DNA of 64,000 nucleotides. It comes from Eledone cirrhosa. Its lineage: Eukaryota. The notes below the pieces were generated by a model. It was not told the origin of the DNA. It saw only the letters and a list, made by a program, of their open reading frames with translations, and ran no database searches. Shown piece by piece: positions 15,001 through 29,800 of the stretch (its first letter is position 1; every line of letters starts with the position of its first letter). The position numbers were made by a program, and so were the translations under genes. The stretch covers positions 41,478,001 through 41,542,000 of the forward strand of contig OZ024750.1 in assembly GCA_964016885.1 (NCBI GenBank). Direction: 5' to 3'.

Positions 15001-18000
15001 CTGAAAGACTCTACACCCCAGTCTAGGTGGTATATCTCAGCTGTGGTGGGGAGTGACGACTCTACACCCCAGTCTAGGTGGTATATCTCAGCTGTGGTAG
15101 GGACTGACAGACTCTACACCCCAGTCTAGGTGGTATATCTCAGCTGTGGTGGGGAGTGACAGACTCTACACCCCAGTCTAGGTGGTATATCTAAGCTGGG
15201 AGTGACAGACTCTACACCCCAGTCTAGGTGGTATATCTCAGCTGTGGCAGGGAGTAACATACTCTACAGCCCAGTCTAGGTGGTATATCTCAGCTGTGGT
15301 AGGCACTGACAGACTCTACACCCCACTCTAGGTGGTATATCTCAGCTGTGGTAGGGAGTAACAGACTCTACACCCCAGTCTAGGTGGAATATCTCAGCTG
15401 TGGTGGGGAGTGACGACTCTACACCCCAGTCTAGGTGGTATATCTCAGCTGTGGTAGGGAGTGACAGACTCTACACCCCAGTCTAGAGGGTATATCTCAG
15501 CTGTGGTAGGGAGTGACAGACTCTACACCCCAGTCTAGGTGGTATATCTCAGCTGTGGTAGGGAGTGACAGACTCTACACCCCAGTCTAGGTGGTATATC
15601 TCAGCTGGGAGTGACAGACTCTACACCCCAGTCTAGGTGGTATATCTCAGCTGTGGTGGGGACTGACAGACTCTACACCCCAGTCTAGGTGGTATATCTC
15701 AGCTGTGGCAGGGAGTGACAGACTCTACACCCCAGTCCAGGTGGTATATCTCCACTGTGGTAGGGAGTGACAGATTCTACACCCCAATCTAGGTAGTATA
15801 TCTCAGCTGTGGTAGGGAGTGGCAGACTCTACACCCCAGTCTAGGTGGTATATCTCAGCTGTGGTAGGGAGTGACAGGCTCTACACCCCAGTCTAGGTGG
15901 TATATCTCAGCTGTTGTAGGTGTGACAGACTCTACACCCCAGTCCAGGTGGTATATCTCAGCTGTGGTAAGGAGTGACAGACTCTGCACCCCAGTCTAGG
16001 TGGTATATCTCAGCTGTGGTGGGGAGTGACAGACTCTACACCCCAGTCTAGGTGGTATATCTCAGCTGTGGCAGGGAGTGACAGACTCTACACCCCAGTC
16101 AAGTTGGTATATCTCAGCTGGGAGTGATAGACTCTACACCCCAGTCTAGGTGGTATATCTCATCTGTGGCAGGGAGTGACAGACTCTACACGCCAGTCTA
16201 GGTGGTATATCTCAGCTGTGGCAGGGAGTGACAGACTCTACACCCCAGTCAAGTTGGTATATCTCAGCTGGGAGTGACAGACTCTACACCCCAGTCTAGG
16301 TGGTATATCTCAGCTGTGGCAGGGAGTGACAGACTCTACACGCCAGTCTAGGTGGTATATCTCAGCTGTGGTAGGCACTGACAGACTCTACACCCCAGTC
16401 TAGGTGGTATATCTCAGCTGTGGTGGGGAGTGACGACTCTACACGCCTGTCTAGGTGATATATCTCAGCTGTGGTGGGGTGTGACAGACTCTACACCCCA
16501 GTCTAGGTGGTATATCACAGCTGGGAGTGACAGACTCTACACCCCAGTCTAGAGGGTATATCTCAGCTGTGGTAAGGAGTGACAGACTCTAGACCCCAGT
16601 CTAGGTGGTATATCTCAGCTGTGGTGGGGACTGACAGACTCTACACCCCAGTCTAGGTGGTATATCTCAGCTGGGAGTGACAGACTCTACACCCCAGTCC
16701 AGGTGGTATATTTCAGCTGTGGTAAGGAGTGACAGACTCTACACCCAGGTCTAGGTGGTATATCTCAGCTGTGGTGGGGAGTGACAGACTCTACACCCCA
16801 GTCTTGGTGGTATATCTCAGCTGTGGCAGGGAGTGACAGACTCTACACCCCAGTCTAGGTGGTATAACTCAGCTGGGAGTGACAGACTCTACACCCCAGT
16901 CTAAATGGTACATCTCAGCTGTGGTAGGCACTGAAAGACTCTACACCCCAGTCTAGGTGGTATATCTCAGCTGTGGTAGGGAGTAACAGACTCTACACCC
17001 CAGTCTAGGTGGTATATCTCAGCTGTGGTGGGGAGTGACGACTCTACACCCCAGTCTAGGTGGTATATATCAGCTGTGTTAGGGACTGACAGATTCTACA
17101 CCCCAGTCTAGGTGGTATATCTCAGCTGTGGTGGGGAGTGACAGACTCTACACCCCAGTCTAGGTGGTATATCTAAGCTGGGAGTGACAGACTCTACACC
17201 CCAGTCTAGGTGGTATATCTCAGCTGTGGCAGGGAGTAACAGACTCTACACCCCAGTCTAGGTGGAATATCTCAGCTGTGGTGGGGAGTGACGACTCTAC
17301 ACCCCAGTCTAGGTGGTATATATCAGCTGTGGTAGGGAGTGACAGACTCTACACCCCAGTCTAGAGGGTATATCTCAGCTGTGGTAGGGAGTGACAGACT
17401 CTACACCCCAGTCTAGGTGGTATATCTCAGCTGTGGTAGGGAGTGACAGACTCTACACACCAGTCTAGGTGGTATATCTCAGCTGGGAGTGACAGACTCT
17501 ACACCCCAGTCTAGGTGGTATATCTCAGCTGTGGTGGGGACTGACAGACTCTACACCCCAGTCTAGGTGGTATATCTCAGCTGTGGCAGGGAGTGACAGA
17601 CTCTACACCCCAGTCCAGGTGGTATATCTCCACTGTGGTAGGGAGTGACAGACTCTACACCCCAATCTAGGTAGTATATCTCAGCTGTGGTAGGGAGTGG
17701 CAGACTCTACACCCCAGTCTAGGTGGTATATCTCAGCTGTGGTAGGGAGTGACAGACTCAACACCCCAGTCCAGGTGGTATATCTCAGCTGTGGCAGGGA
17801 GTGACAGACTCTACACCCCAGTCAAGGTGGTATATCTCAGCTGTGGTGGGGAGTGACAGACTCTGCACCCCAGTCTAGGTGGTATATCTCAGCTGTGGTG
17901 GGGAGTGACAGACTCTGCACCCCAGTCTAGGGGGTATAATTCAGCTGTGGTGGGGAGTGACAGACTCTACACCCCAGTCTAGGTGGTATATCTCAGCTGT

Positions 18001-21000
18001 GATAGGGAGTGACAGACTCTACACACCAGTCAAGGTGGTATATCTCAGCTGGGAGTGACAGACTCTACACCCCAGTCTAGGTGGTACATCTCAGCTGTGG
18101 CAGGGAGTGACAGACTCTACACCCCAGTCTAGGTGGTATATCTCAGCTGTGGTAGGCACTGACAGACTCTACACCCCAGTCTAGGTGGTATATCTCAGCT
18201 GTGGTGGGGAGTGACGACCCTACACGCCTGTCTAGGTGGTATATCTCAGCTGTGGTAGGGACTGACAGACTCTACACCCCAGTCTAGGTGCTATATCTCA
18301 GCTGTGGTGGGGAGTGACGACTCTACACCCCAATCTAGGTGGTATATCTCAGCTGTGGTAGGGACTGACAGACTCTACACCTCAGTCTAGGTGGTATATC
18401 TCAGCTGTGGTGGGGAGTGACAGACTCTGCACCCCAGTCTAGGTGGTATATCACAGATGGGAGTCACAGACTCTACACCCCAGTCTAGGTGGTATATCTC
18501 AGCTGTGGTGGGGAGTGACGACTCTACACCCCAATCTAGGTGGTATATCTCAGCTGTGGTAGGGACTGACAGACTCTACACCCCAGTCTAGAGGGTATAT
18601 CTCAGCTGTGGTAGGGAGTGACAGACTCTACAGCCCAGTCTAGGTGGTATATCTCAGCTGTGGTAGGTACTGACAGACTCTACACCCCAGTCTAGGTGGT
18701 ATATCTCAGCTGTGGTAGGGAGTAACAGATTCTACACCCCAGTCTAGGTGGTATATCTCAGCTGTGGTGGGGAGTGACAACTCTACACCCCAGTCTAGGT
18801 GGTATATATCAGCTGTGGTAGGGAGTGACAGACTCTACACCCCAGTCTAGAGGGTATATCTCAGCTGTGGTAGGGAGTGACAGACTCTGCACCCCAGTCT
18901 AGGTGGTATATCTCAGCTGTGGTAGGGAGTGACAGATTCTACACCACAGTCTAGAGGGTATATGTCAGCTGTGGTAGGGAGTGGTAGACTCTACACCCCA
19001 GTCTAGGTGGTATATCTCAGCTGTGGTAGGGAGTGACAGACTCTACACCCCAGTCTAGGTGGTATATCTCAGCTGTGGTAGGGAGTGACAGACTCCACAC
19101 CCCAGTCTAGGTGGTATATCTCAGCTGGGAGTGACAGACTCTACACCCCAGTCTAGAGGGTATATCTCAACTGTGGTAAGGAGTGACAGACTCTACACCC
19201 CAGTCTAGGTGGTATATCTCAGCTGTGGCAGGGAGTGACAGACTCTACACCCCAGGCCAGGTGGTATATCTCCACTGTGGTAGGGAGTGACAGACTCTAC
19301 ACCCCAGTCCAGGTGGTATTTCTCCACTGTGGTAGGGAGTGACAGACTCTACACCCCAGTCTAGGTGGTATATCTCAGCTGTGGAAGGGAGTGACAGACT
19401 CTACACCCCAGTCCAGGTGGTATATCTCAGCTGTGGTAAGGAGTGACAGACTCTGCACCCCAGTCTAGGTGGTATATCTCAGCTCTGGTGGGGAGTGACA
19501 GACTCTACACCCCAGTCTAGGTGGTATATCTCAGCTGGGAGTGACAGACTCTACACCCCAGTCTAGGTGGTATATCTCAGCTGTGGTAGGCACTGACAGA
19601 CTCTACACCCCAGTCTAGGTGGTATATCTCAGCTGTGGTAGGGAGTAACAGACTCTACACCCCAGTCTAGGTGGTATATCTCAGCTGTGGTGGGGAGTGA
19701 CGACTCTACACCCCAGTCTAGGTGGTATATCTCAGCTGTGGTAGCGACTGACAGACTCTACACCACAGTCTAGGTGGTATATCTCAGCTGTGGTGGGGTG
19801 TGACAGACTCTATACCCCAGTCTAGGTGGTATATCTCAGCTGGGAGTGACAGACTCTAAACCCCAGTCTAGAGGGTATATCTCAGCTGTGGTAAGGAGTG
19901 ACAGACTCTACACCCCAATCTAGGTGGTATATCTCAGCTGGGAGTGACAGACTCTACACCCCAGTCCAGGTGGTATATTTCAGCTGTGGTAAGGAGTGAC
20001 AGACTCTACACCCAGGTCTAGGTGGTATATCTCAGCTGTGGTGGGGAGTGACAGACTCTACACCCCAGTCTTGGTGGTATATCTCAGCTGTGGCAGGGAG
20101 TGACAGACTCTACACCCCAGTCTAGGTGGTATAACTCAGCTGGGAGTGACAGACTCTACACCCCAGTCTAAATGGTATATCTCAGCTGTGGTAGGCACTG
20201 AAAGACTCTACACCCCAGTCTAGGTGGTATATCTCAGCTGTGGTGGGGAGTGACGACTCTACACCCCAGTCTAGGTGGTATATATCAGCTGTGGTAGGGA
20301 CTGACAGACTCTACACCCCAGTCTAGGTGGTATATCTCAGCTGTGGTGAGGAGTGACAGACTCTACACCCCAGTCTAGGTGGTATATCTAAGCTGGGAGT
20401 GACAGACTCTACACCCCAGTCTAGGTGGTATATCTCAGCTGTGGCAGGGAGTAACATACTCTACAGCCCAGTCTAGGTGGTATATCTCAGCTGTGGTAGG
20501 CACTGACAGACTCTACACCCCACTCTAGGTGGTATATCTCAGCTGTGGTAGGGAGTAACAGACTCTACACCCCAGTCTAGGTGGAATATCTCAGCTGTGG
20601 TGGGGAGTGACGACTCTACACCCCAGTCTAGGTGGTATATCTCAGCTGTGGTAGGGAGTGACAGACTCTACACCCCAGTCTAGAGGGTATATCTCAGCTG
20701 TGGTAGGGAGTGACAGACTCTACACGCCAGTCTAGGTGGTATATCTCAGCTGTGGTAGGGAGTGACAGACTCTACACCCCAGTCTAGGTGGTATATCTCA
20801 GCTGGGAGTGACAGACTCTACACCCCAGTCTAGGTGGTATATCTCAGCTGTGGTGGGGACTGACAGACTCTACACCCCAGTCTAGGTGGTATATCTCAGC
20901 TGTGGCAGGGAGTGACAGACTCTACACCCCAGTCCAGGTGGTATATCTCCACTGTGGTAGGGAGTGACAGATTCTACACCCCAATCTAGGTAGTATATCT

Positions 21001-24000
21001 CAGCTGTGGTAGGGAGTGGCAGACTCTACACCCCAGTCTAGGTGGTATATCTCAGCTGTGGTACGGAGTGACAGGCTCTACACCCCAGTCTAGGTGGTAT
21101 ATCTCAGCTGTTGTAGGTGTGACAGACTCTACACCCCAGTCCAGGTGGTATATCTCAGCTGTGGTAAGGAGTGACAGACTCTGCACCCCAGTCTAGGTGG
21201 TATATCTCAGCTGTGGTGGGGAGTGACAGACTCTACACCCCAGTCTAGGTGGTATATCTCAGCTGTGGCAGGGAGTGACAGACTCTACACCCCAGTCAAG
21301 TTGGTATATCTCAGCTGGGAGTGATAGACTCTACACCCCAGTCTAGGTGGTATATCTCATCTGTGGCAGGGAGTGACAGACTCTACACGCCAGTCTAGGT
21401 GGTATATCTCAGCTGTGGCAGGGAGTGACAGACTCTACACCCCAGTCAAGTTGGTATATCTCAGCTGGGAGTGACAGACTCTACACCCCAGTCTAGGTGG
21501 TATATCTCAGCTGTGGCAGGGAGTGACAGACTCTACACGCCAGTCTAGGTGGTATATCTCAGCTGTGGTAGGCACTGACAGACTCTACACCCCAGTCTAG
21601 GTGGTATATCACAGCTGGGAGTGACAGACTCTACACCCCAGTCTAGAGGGTATATCTCAGCTGTGGTAAGGAGTGACAGACTCTAGACCCCAGTCTAGGT
21701 GGTATATCTCAGCTGTGGTGGGGACTGACAGACTCTACACCCCAGTCTAGGTGGTATATCTCAGCTGGGAGTGACAGACTCTACACCCCAGTCCAGGTGG
21801 TATATTTCAGGTGTGGTAAGGAGTGACAGACTCTACACCCAGGTCTAGGTGGTATATCTCAGCTGTGGTGGGGAGTGACAGACTCTACACCCCAGTCTTG
21901 GTGGTATATCTCAGCTGTGGCAGGGAGTGACAGACTCTACACCCCAGTCTAGGTGGTATAACTCAGCTGGGAGTGACAGACTCTACACCCCAGTCTAAAT
22001 GGTACATCTCAGCTGTGGTAGGCACTGAAAGACTCTACACCCCAGTCTAGGTGGTATATCTCAGCTGTGGTAGGGAGTAACAGACTCTACACCCCAGTCT
22101 AGGTGGTATATATCAGCTGTGTTAGGGACTGACAGATTCTACACCCCAGTCTAGGTGGTATATCTCAGCTGTGGTGGGGAGTGACAGACTCTACACCCCA
22201 GTCTAGGTGGTATATCTAAGCTGGGAGTGACAGACTCTACACCCCAGTCTAGGTGGTATATCTCAGCTGTGGCAGGGAGTAACAGACTCTACACCCCAGT
22301 CTAGGTGGAATATCTCAGCTGTGGTGGGGAGTGACGACTCTACACCCCAGTCTAGGTGGTATATATCAGCTGTGGTAGGGAGTGACAGACTCTACACCCC
22401 AGTCTAGAGGGTATATCTCAGCTGTGGTAGGGAGTGACAGACTCTACACCCCAGTCTAGGTGGTATATCTCAGCTGTGGTAGGGAGTGACAGACTCTACA
22501 CACCAGTCTAGGTGGTATATCTCAGCTGGGAGTGACAGACTCTACACCCCAGTCTAGGTGGTATATCTCAGCTGTGGTGGGGACTGACAGACTCTACACC
22601 CCAGTCTAGGTGGTATATCTCAGCTGTGGCAGGGAGTGACAGACTCTACACCCCAGTCCAGGTGGTATATCTCCACTGTGGTAGGGAGTGACAGACTCTA
22701 CACCCCAGTCCAGGTGGTATATCTCCACTGTGGTAGGGAGTGACAGACTCTACACCCCAATCTAGGTAGTATATCTCAGCTGTGGTAGGGAGTGGCAGAC
22801 TCTACACCCCAGTCTAGGTGGTATATCTCAGCTGTGGTAGGGAGTGACAGACTCTACACCCCAGTCCAGGTGGTATATCTCAGATGTGGCAGGGAGTGAC
22901 AGACTCTACACCCCAGTCAAGGTGGTATATCTCAGCTGTGGTGGGGAGTGACAGACTCTGCACCCCAGTCTAGGTGGTATATCTCAGCTGTGGTGGGGAG
23001 TGACAGACTCTGCACCCCAGTCTAGGTGGTATATCTCAGCTGTGGTGGGGAGTGACAGACTCTACACCCCAGTCTAGGTGGTATAACTCAGCTGTGATAG
23101 GGAGTGACAGACTCTACACACCAGTCAAGGTGGTATATCTCAGCTGGGAGTGACAGACTCTACACCCCAGTCTAGGTGGTATATCTCAGCTGTGGCAGGG
23201 AGTGACAGACTCTACACCCCAGTCTAGGTGGTATATCTCAGCTGTGGTAGGCACTGACAGACTCTACACCCCAGTCTAGGTGGTATATCTCAGCTGTGGT
23301 GGGGAGTGACGACCCTACACGCCTGTCTAGGTGGTATATCTCAGCTGTGGTAGGGACTGACAGACTCTACACCCCAATCTAGGTGGTATATCTCAGCTGT
23401 GGTAGGGACTGACTGACTCTACACCCCAGTCTAGGTGGTATATCTCAGCTGTGGTGGGGAGTGACAGACTCTGCACCCCAGTCTAGGTGGTATATCACAG
23501 ATGGGAGTCACAGACTCTACACCCCAGTCTAGGTGGTATATCTCAGCTGTGGCAGGGAGTGACAGACTCTACAGCCCAGTCTAGGTGGTATATCTCAGCT
23601 GTGGTAGGTACTGACAGACTCTACACCCCAGTCTAGGTGGTATATCTCAGCTGTGGTGGGGAGTGACGACTCTACACCCCAGTCTAGAGGGTATATCTCA
23701 GCTGTGGTAGGGAGTGACAGACTCTACACCCCAGTCTAGGTGGTATATCTCAGCTGTGGTAGGGAGTGACAGATTCTACACCACAGTCTAGAGGGTATAT
23801 GTCAGCTGTGGTAGGGAGTGGTAGACTCTACACCCCAGTCTAGGTGGTATATCTCAGCTGTGGTAGGGAGTGACAGACTCTACACCCCAGTCTAGGTGGT
23901 ATATCTCAGCTGTGGTAGGGAGTGACAGACTCCACAACCCAGTCTAGGTGGTATATCTCAGCTGGGAGTGACAGACTCTACACCCCAGTCTAGAGGGTAT

Positions 24001-25400
24001 ATCTCAACTGTGGTAAGGAGTGACAGACTCTACACCCCAGTCTAGGTGGTATATCTCAGCTGTAGTGTGTACTGACAGACTCTACACCCCAGGCCAGGTG
24101 GTATATCTCCACTGTGGTAGGGAGTGACAGACTCTACACCCCAGTCCAGGTGGTATATCTCCACTGTGGTAGGGAGTGACAGACTCTACACCCCAGTCTA
24201 GGTGGTATATCTCAGCTGTGGAAGGGAGTGACAGACTCTACACCCCAGTCCAGGTGGTATATCTCAGCTGTGGTAAGGAGTGACAGACTCTGCACCCCAG
24301 TCTAGGTGGTATATCTCAGCTCTGGTGGGGAGTGACAGACTCTACACCCCAGTCTAGGTGGTATATCTCAGCTGTGGTAGGCACTGACAGACTCTACACC
24401 CTAGTCTAGGTGGTATATCTCAGCTGTGGTAGGGAGTAACAGACTCTACACCCCAGTCTAGGTGGTATATCTCAGCTGTGGTGGGGAGTGACGACTCTAC
24501 ACCCCAGTCTAGGTGGTATATCTCAGCTGTGGTAGCGACTGACAGACTCTATACCACAGTCTAGGTGGTATATCTCAGCTGTGGTGGGGTGTGACAGACT
24601 CTACACCCCAGTCTAGGTGGCATATCTCAGCTGGGAGTGACAGACTCTAAACCCCAGTCTAGAGGGTATATCTCAGCTGTGGTAAGGAGTGACAGACTCT
24701 ACACCCCAGTCTAGGTGGTATATCTCAGCTGTGGTGGGGACTGACAGACTCTACACCCCAGTCTAGGTGGTATATCTCAGCTGGGAGTGACAGACTCTAC
24801 ACCCCAGTCCAGGTGGTATATTTCAGCTGTGGTAAGGAGTGACAGACTCTACACCCAGGTCTAGGTGGTATATCTCAGCTGTGGTGGGGAGTGACAGACT
24901 CTACACCCCAGTCTTGGTGGTATATCTCAGCTGTGGCAGGGAGTGACAGACTCTACACCCCAGTCTAGGTGGTATAACTCAGCTGGGAGTGACAGACTCT
25001 ACACCCCAGTCTAAATGGTATATCTCAGCTGTGGTAGGCACTGAAAGACTCTACACCCCAGTCTAGGTGGTACATCTCAGCTGTGGTAGGGAGTAACAGA
25101 CTCTACACCCCAGTCTAGGTGGTATATCTCAGCTGTGGTGGGGAGTGACGACTCTACACCCCAGTCTAGGTGGTATATATCAGCTGTGGTAGGGACTGAC
25201 AGACTCTACACCCCAGTCTAGGTGGTATATCTCAGCTGTGGTGGGGAGTGACAGACTCTACACCCCAGTCTAGGTGGTATATCTAAGCTGGGAGTGACAG
25301 ACTCTACACCCCAGTCTAGGTCGTATATCTCAGCTGTGGCAGGGAGTAATAGACTCTACAGCCCAGTCTAGGTGGTATATCTCAGCTGTGGTAGGCACTG
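12020..25400. repeat. 5197-bp higher-order duplication plus a more diverged third copy
   Basis: Offset 5197 for CTAGGTGGAA (12061/17258), TAGGGGGTATAATT (12731/17928), CCCTACACGCCTG (13021/18218) and CTGTTGTAGGTGTG (15911/21108). A third CCCTACACGCCTG is at 23313 (offset 5095). The right edge is approximate. Confidence 0.88.
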
Positions 25401-26700
25401 ACAGACTCTACACCCCAGTCTAGGTGGTATATCTCAGCTGTGGTAGGGAGTGACAGACTCTACACCCCAGTCTAGGTGGTATATCTCAGCTGTGGTAGGG
25501 AGTGACAGACTCCACACCCCAGTCTAGGTGGTATATCTCAGCTGGGAGTGACAGACTCTACACCCCAGTCTAGAGGGTATATCTCAACTGTGGTAAGGAG
25601 TGACAGACTCTACACCCCAGTCTAGGTGGTATATCTCAGCTGTAGTGGGGACTGACAGACTCTACACCCCAGTCTAGGTGGTATATCTCAGCTGTGGCAG
25701 GGAGTGACAGACTCTACACCCCAGGCCAGGTGGTATATCTCCACTGTGGTAGGGAGTGACAGACTCTACACCCCAGTCCAGGTGGTATATCTCCACTGTG
25801 GTAGGGAGTGACAGACTCTACACCCCAGTCTAGGTGGTATATCTCAGCTGTGGAAGGGAGTGACAGACTCTACACCCCAGTCCAGGTGGTATATCTCAGC
25901 TGTGGTAAGGAGTGACAGACTCTGCACCACAGTCTAGGTGGTATATCTCAGCTCTGGTGGGGAGTGACAGACTCTACACCCCAGTCTAGGTGGTATATCC
26001 CAGCTGTGGTAGGCACTGACAGACTCTACACCCTAGTCTAGGTGGTATATCTCAGCTGTGGTAGGGAGTAACAGACTCTACACCCCAGTCTAGGTGGTAT
26101 ATCTCAGCTGTGGTGGGGAGTGACGACTCTACACCCAAGTCTAGGTGGTATATCTCAGCTGTGGTAGCGACTGACAGACTCTATACCACAGTCTAGGTGG
26201 TATATCTCAGCTGTGGTGGGGTGTGACAGACTCTACACCCCAGTCTAGGTGGCATATCTCAGCTGGGAGTGACAGACTCTAAACCCCAGTCTAGAGGGTA
26301 TATCTCAGCTGTGGTAAGGAGTGACAGACTCTACACCCCAGTCTAGGTGGTATATCTCAGCTGTGGTGGGGACTGACAGACTCTACACCCCAGTCTAGGT
26401 GGTATATCTCAGCTGGGAGTGACAGACTCTACACCCCAGTCCAGGTGGTATATTTCAGCTGTGGTAAGGAGTGACAGACTCTACACCCAGGTCTAGGTGG
26501 TATATCTCAGCTGTGGCAGGGAGTGACAGACTCTACACCCCAGTCTAGGTGGTATAACTCAGCTGGGAGTGACAGACTCTACACCCCAGTCTAAATGGTA
26601 TATCTCAGCTGTGGTAGGCACTGAAAGACTCTACACCCCAGTCTAGATGGTACATCTCAGCTGTGGTAGGGAGTAACAGACTCTACACCCCAGTCTAGGT
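23850..26700. repeat. Block duplication with offset 1632 bp
   Basis: GAAGGG at 24221/25853, CTAGTCTAGG at 24401/26033, ATACCACAGT at 24551/26183. Confidence 0.82.
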
Positions 26701-26899
26701 GGTATATCTCCACTGTGGTAGGGAGTGACAGACTCTACACCCCAATCTAGGTAGTATATCTCAGCTGTGGTAGGGAGTGGCAGACTCTACACCCCAGTCT
26801 AGAGGGTATATCTCAGCTGTGGTAGGGAGTGACAGACTCTACACCCCAGTCTAGGTGGTATATCTCAGCTGTGGTAGGGACTGACAGACTCTACACCCC

Positions 26900-29800
26900 A
26901 GTCTAGGTGGTATATCTAAGCTGGGAGTGACAGACTCTACACCCCAGTCTAGGTGGTATATCTCAGCTGTGGCAGGGAGTAACAGACTCTACAGCCCAGT
27001 CTAGGTGGTATATCTCAGCTGTGGTAGGCACTGACAGACTCTACACCCCACTCTAGGTGGTATATCTCAGCTGTGGTAGGGAGTAACAGACTCTAAACCC
27101 CAGTCTAGGTGGAATATCTCAGCTGTGGTGGGGAGTGACGACTCTACACCCCAGTCTAGGTGGTATATCTCAGCTGTGGTAGGGAGTGACAGACTCTACA
27201 CCCCAGGCTAGAGGGTATATCTCAGCTGTGGTAGGGAGTGACAGACTCTACACCCCAGTCTAGGTGGTATATCTCAGCTGTGGTAGGGAGTGACAGACTC
27301 TACACTCCAGTCTAGGTGGTATATCTCAGCTGGGAGTGACAGACTCTACACCCCAGTCTAGGTGGTATATCTCAGCTGTGGTGGGGACTGACAGACTCTA
27401 CACCCCAGTCTAGGTGGTATATCTCAGCTGTGGCAGGGAGTGACAGACTCTACACCCCAGTCCAGGTGGTATATCTCCACTGTGGTAGGGAGTGACAGAT
27501 TCTACACCCCAATCTAGGTAGTATATCTCAGCTGTGGTAGGGAGTGGCAGACTCTACACCCCAGTCTAGGTGGTATATCTCAGCTGTGGTAGGGAGTGAC
27601 AGACTCTACACCCCAGTCTAGGTGGTATATCTCAGCTGTTGTAGGTGTGACAGACTCTACACCCCAGTCCAGGTGGTATATCTCAGCTGTGGTAAGGAGT
27701 GACAGACTCTGCACCCCAGTCTAGGTGGTATATCTCAGCTGTGGTGGGGAGTGACAGACTCTACACCCCAGTCTAGGTGGTATATCTCAGCTGTGGCAGG
27801 GAGTGACAGACTCTACACCCCAGTCAAGTTGGTATATCTCAGCTGGGAGTGACAGACTCTACACCCCAGTCTAGGTGGTATATCTCAGCTGTGGCAGGGA
27901 GTGACAGACTCTACACGCCAGTCTAGGTGGTATATCTCAGCTGTGGTAGGCACTGACAGACTCTACACCCCAGTCTAGGTGGTATATCTCAGCTGTGGTG
28001 GGGAGTGACGACTCCACACGCCTGTCTAGGTGGTATATCTCAGCTGTGGTAGGGACTGACAGACTCTACACCCCAGTCTAGGTGGAATATCTCAGCTGTG
28101 GTGGGGAGTGACGACTCTACACCCCAGTCTAGGTGGTATATCTCAGCTGTGGTAGGGAGTGACAGACTCTACACCCCAGGCTAGAGGGTATATCTCAGCT
28201 GTGGTAGGGAGTGACAGACTCTACACCCCAGTCTAGGTGGTATATCTCAGCTGTGGTAGGGAGTGACAGACTCTACACTCCAGTCTAGGTGGTATATCTC
28301 AGCTGGGAGTGACAGACTCTACACCCCAGTCTAGGTGGTATATCTCAGCTGTGGTGGGGACTGACAGACTCTACACCCCAGTCTAGGTGGTATATCTCAG
28401 CTGTGGCAGGGAGTGACAGACTCTACACCCCAGTCCAGGTGGTATATCTCCACTGTGGTAGGGAGTGACAGATTCTACACCCCAATCTAGGTAGTATATC
28501 TCAGCTGTGGTAGGGAGTGGCAGACTCTACACCCCAGTCTAGGTGGTATATCTCAGCTGTGGTAGGGAGTGACAGACTCTACACCCCAGTCTAGGTGGTA
28601 TATCTCAGCTGTTGTAGGTGTGACAGACTCTACACCCCAGTCCAGGTGGTATATCTCAGCTGTGGTAAGGAGTGACAGACTCTGCACCCCAGTCTAGGTG
28701 GTATATCTCAGCTGTGGTGGGGAGTGACAGACTCTACACCCCAGTCTAGGTGGTATATCTCAGCTGTGGCAGGGAGTGACAGACTCTACACCCCAGTCAA
28801 GTTGGTATATCTCAGCTGGGAGTGACAGACTCTACACCCCAGTCTAGGTGGTATATCTCAGCTGTGGCAGGGAGTGACAGACTCTACACGCCAGTCTAGG
28901 TGGTATATCTCAGCTGTGGTAGGCACTGACAGACTCTACACCCCAGTCTAGGTGGTATATCTCAGCTGTGGTGGGGAGTGACGACTCCACACGCCTGTCT
29001 AGGTGGTATATCTCAGCTGTGGTAGGGACTGACAGACTCTACACCCCAGTCTAGGTGGTATATCTCAGATGGGAGTGACAGACTCTACACCCCAGTCTAG
29101 GTGGTATATCTCAGCTGTGGCAGGGAGTGACAGACTCTACAGCCCAGTCTAGGTGGTATATCTCAGCTGTGGTAGGTACTGACAGACTCTACACCCCAGT
29201 CTAGGTGGTATATCTCAGCTGTGGTAGGGAGTAATAGATTCTACACCCCAGTCTAGGTGGTATATCTCAGCTGTGGTGGGGAGTGACGACTCTACACCCC
29301 AGTCTAGGTGGTATATATCAGCTGTGTTAGGGCGTGACAGACTCTACATCCCAGTCTAGAGGGTATATCTCAGCTGTGGTAGGGAGTGACAGACTCTACA
29401 CCCCAGTCTAGGTGGTATATCTCAGCTGTGGTAGGGAGTGACAGATTCTACACCACAGTCTAGAGGGTATATGTCAGCTGTGGTAGGGAGTGACAGACTC
29501 CACACCCCAGTCTAGGTGGTATATCTCAGCTGGGAGTGACAGACTCTACACCCCAGTCTAGGTGGTATATCTCAGCTGTTGCAGGGAGTGACAGACTCTA
29601 CACCCCAGGCCAGGTGGTATATCTCCACTGTGGTAGGGAGTGACAGATTCTACACCCCAGTCCAGGTGGTATATCTCCACTGTGGTAGGGAGTGACAGAC
29701 TCTACACCCCAGTCTAGGTGGTATATCTCAGCTGTGGTAGGGAGTGACAGACTCTACACCCCAGTCCAGGTGGTATATCTCAGCTGTGGTGGGGTGTGAC

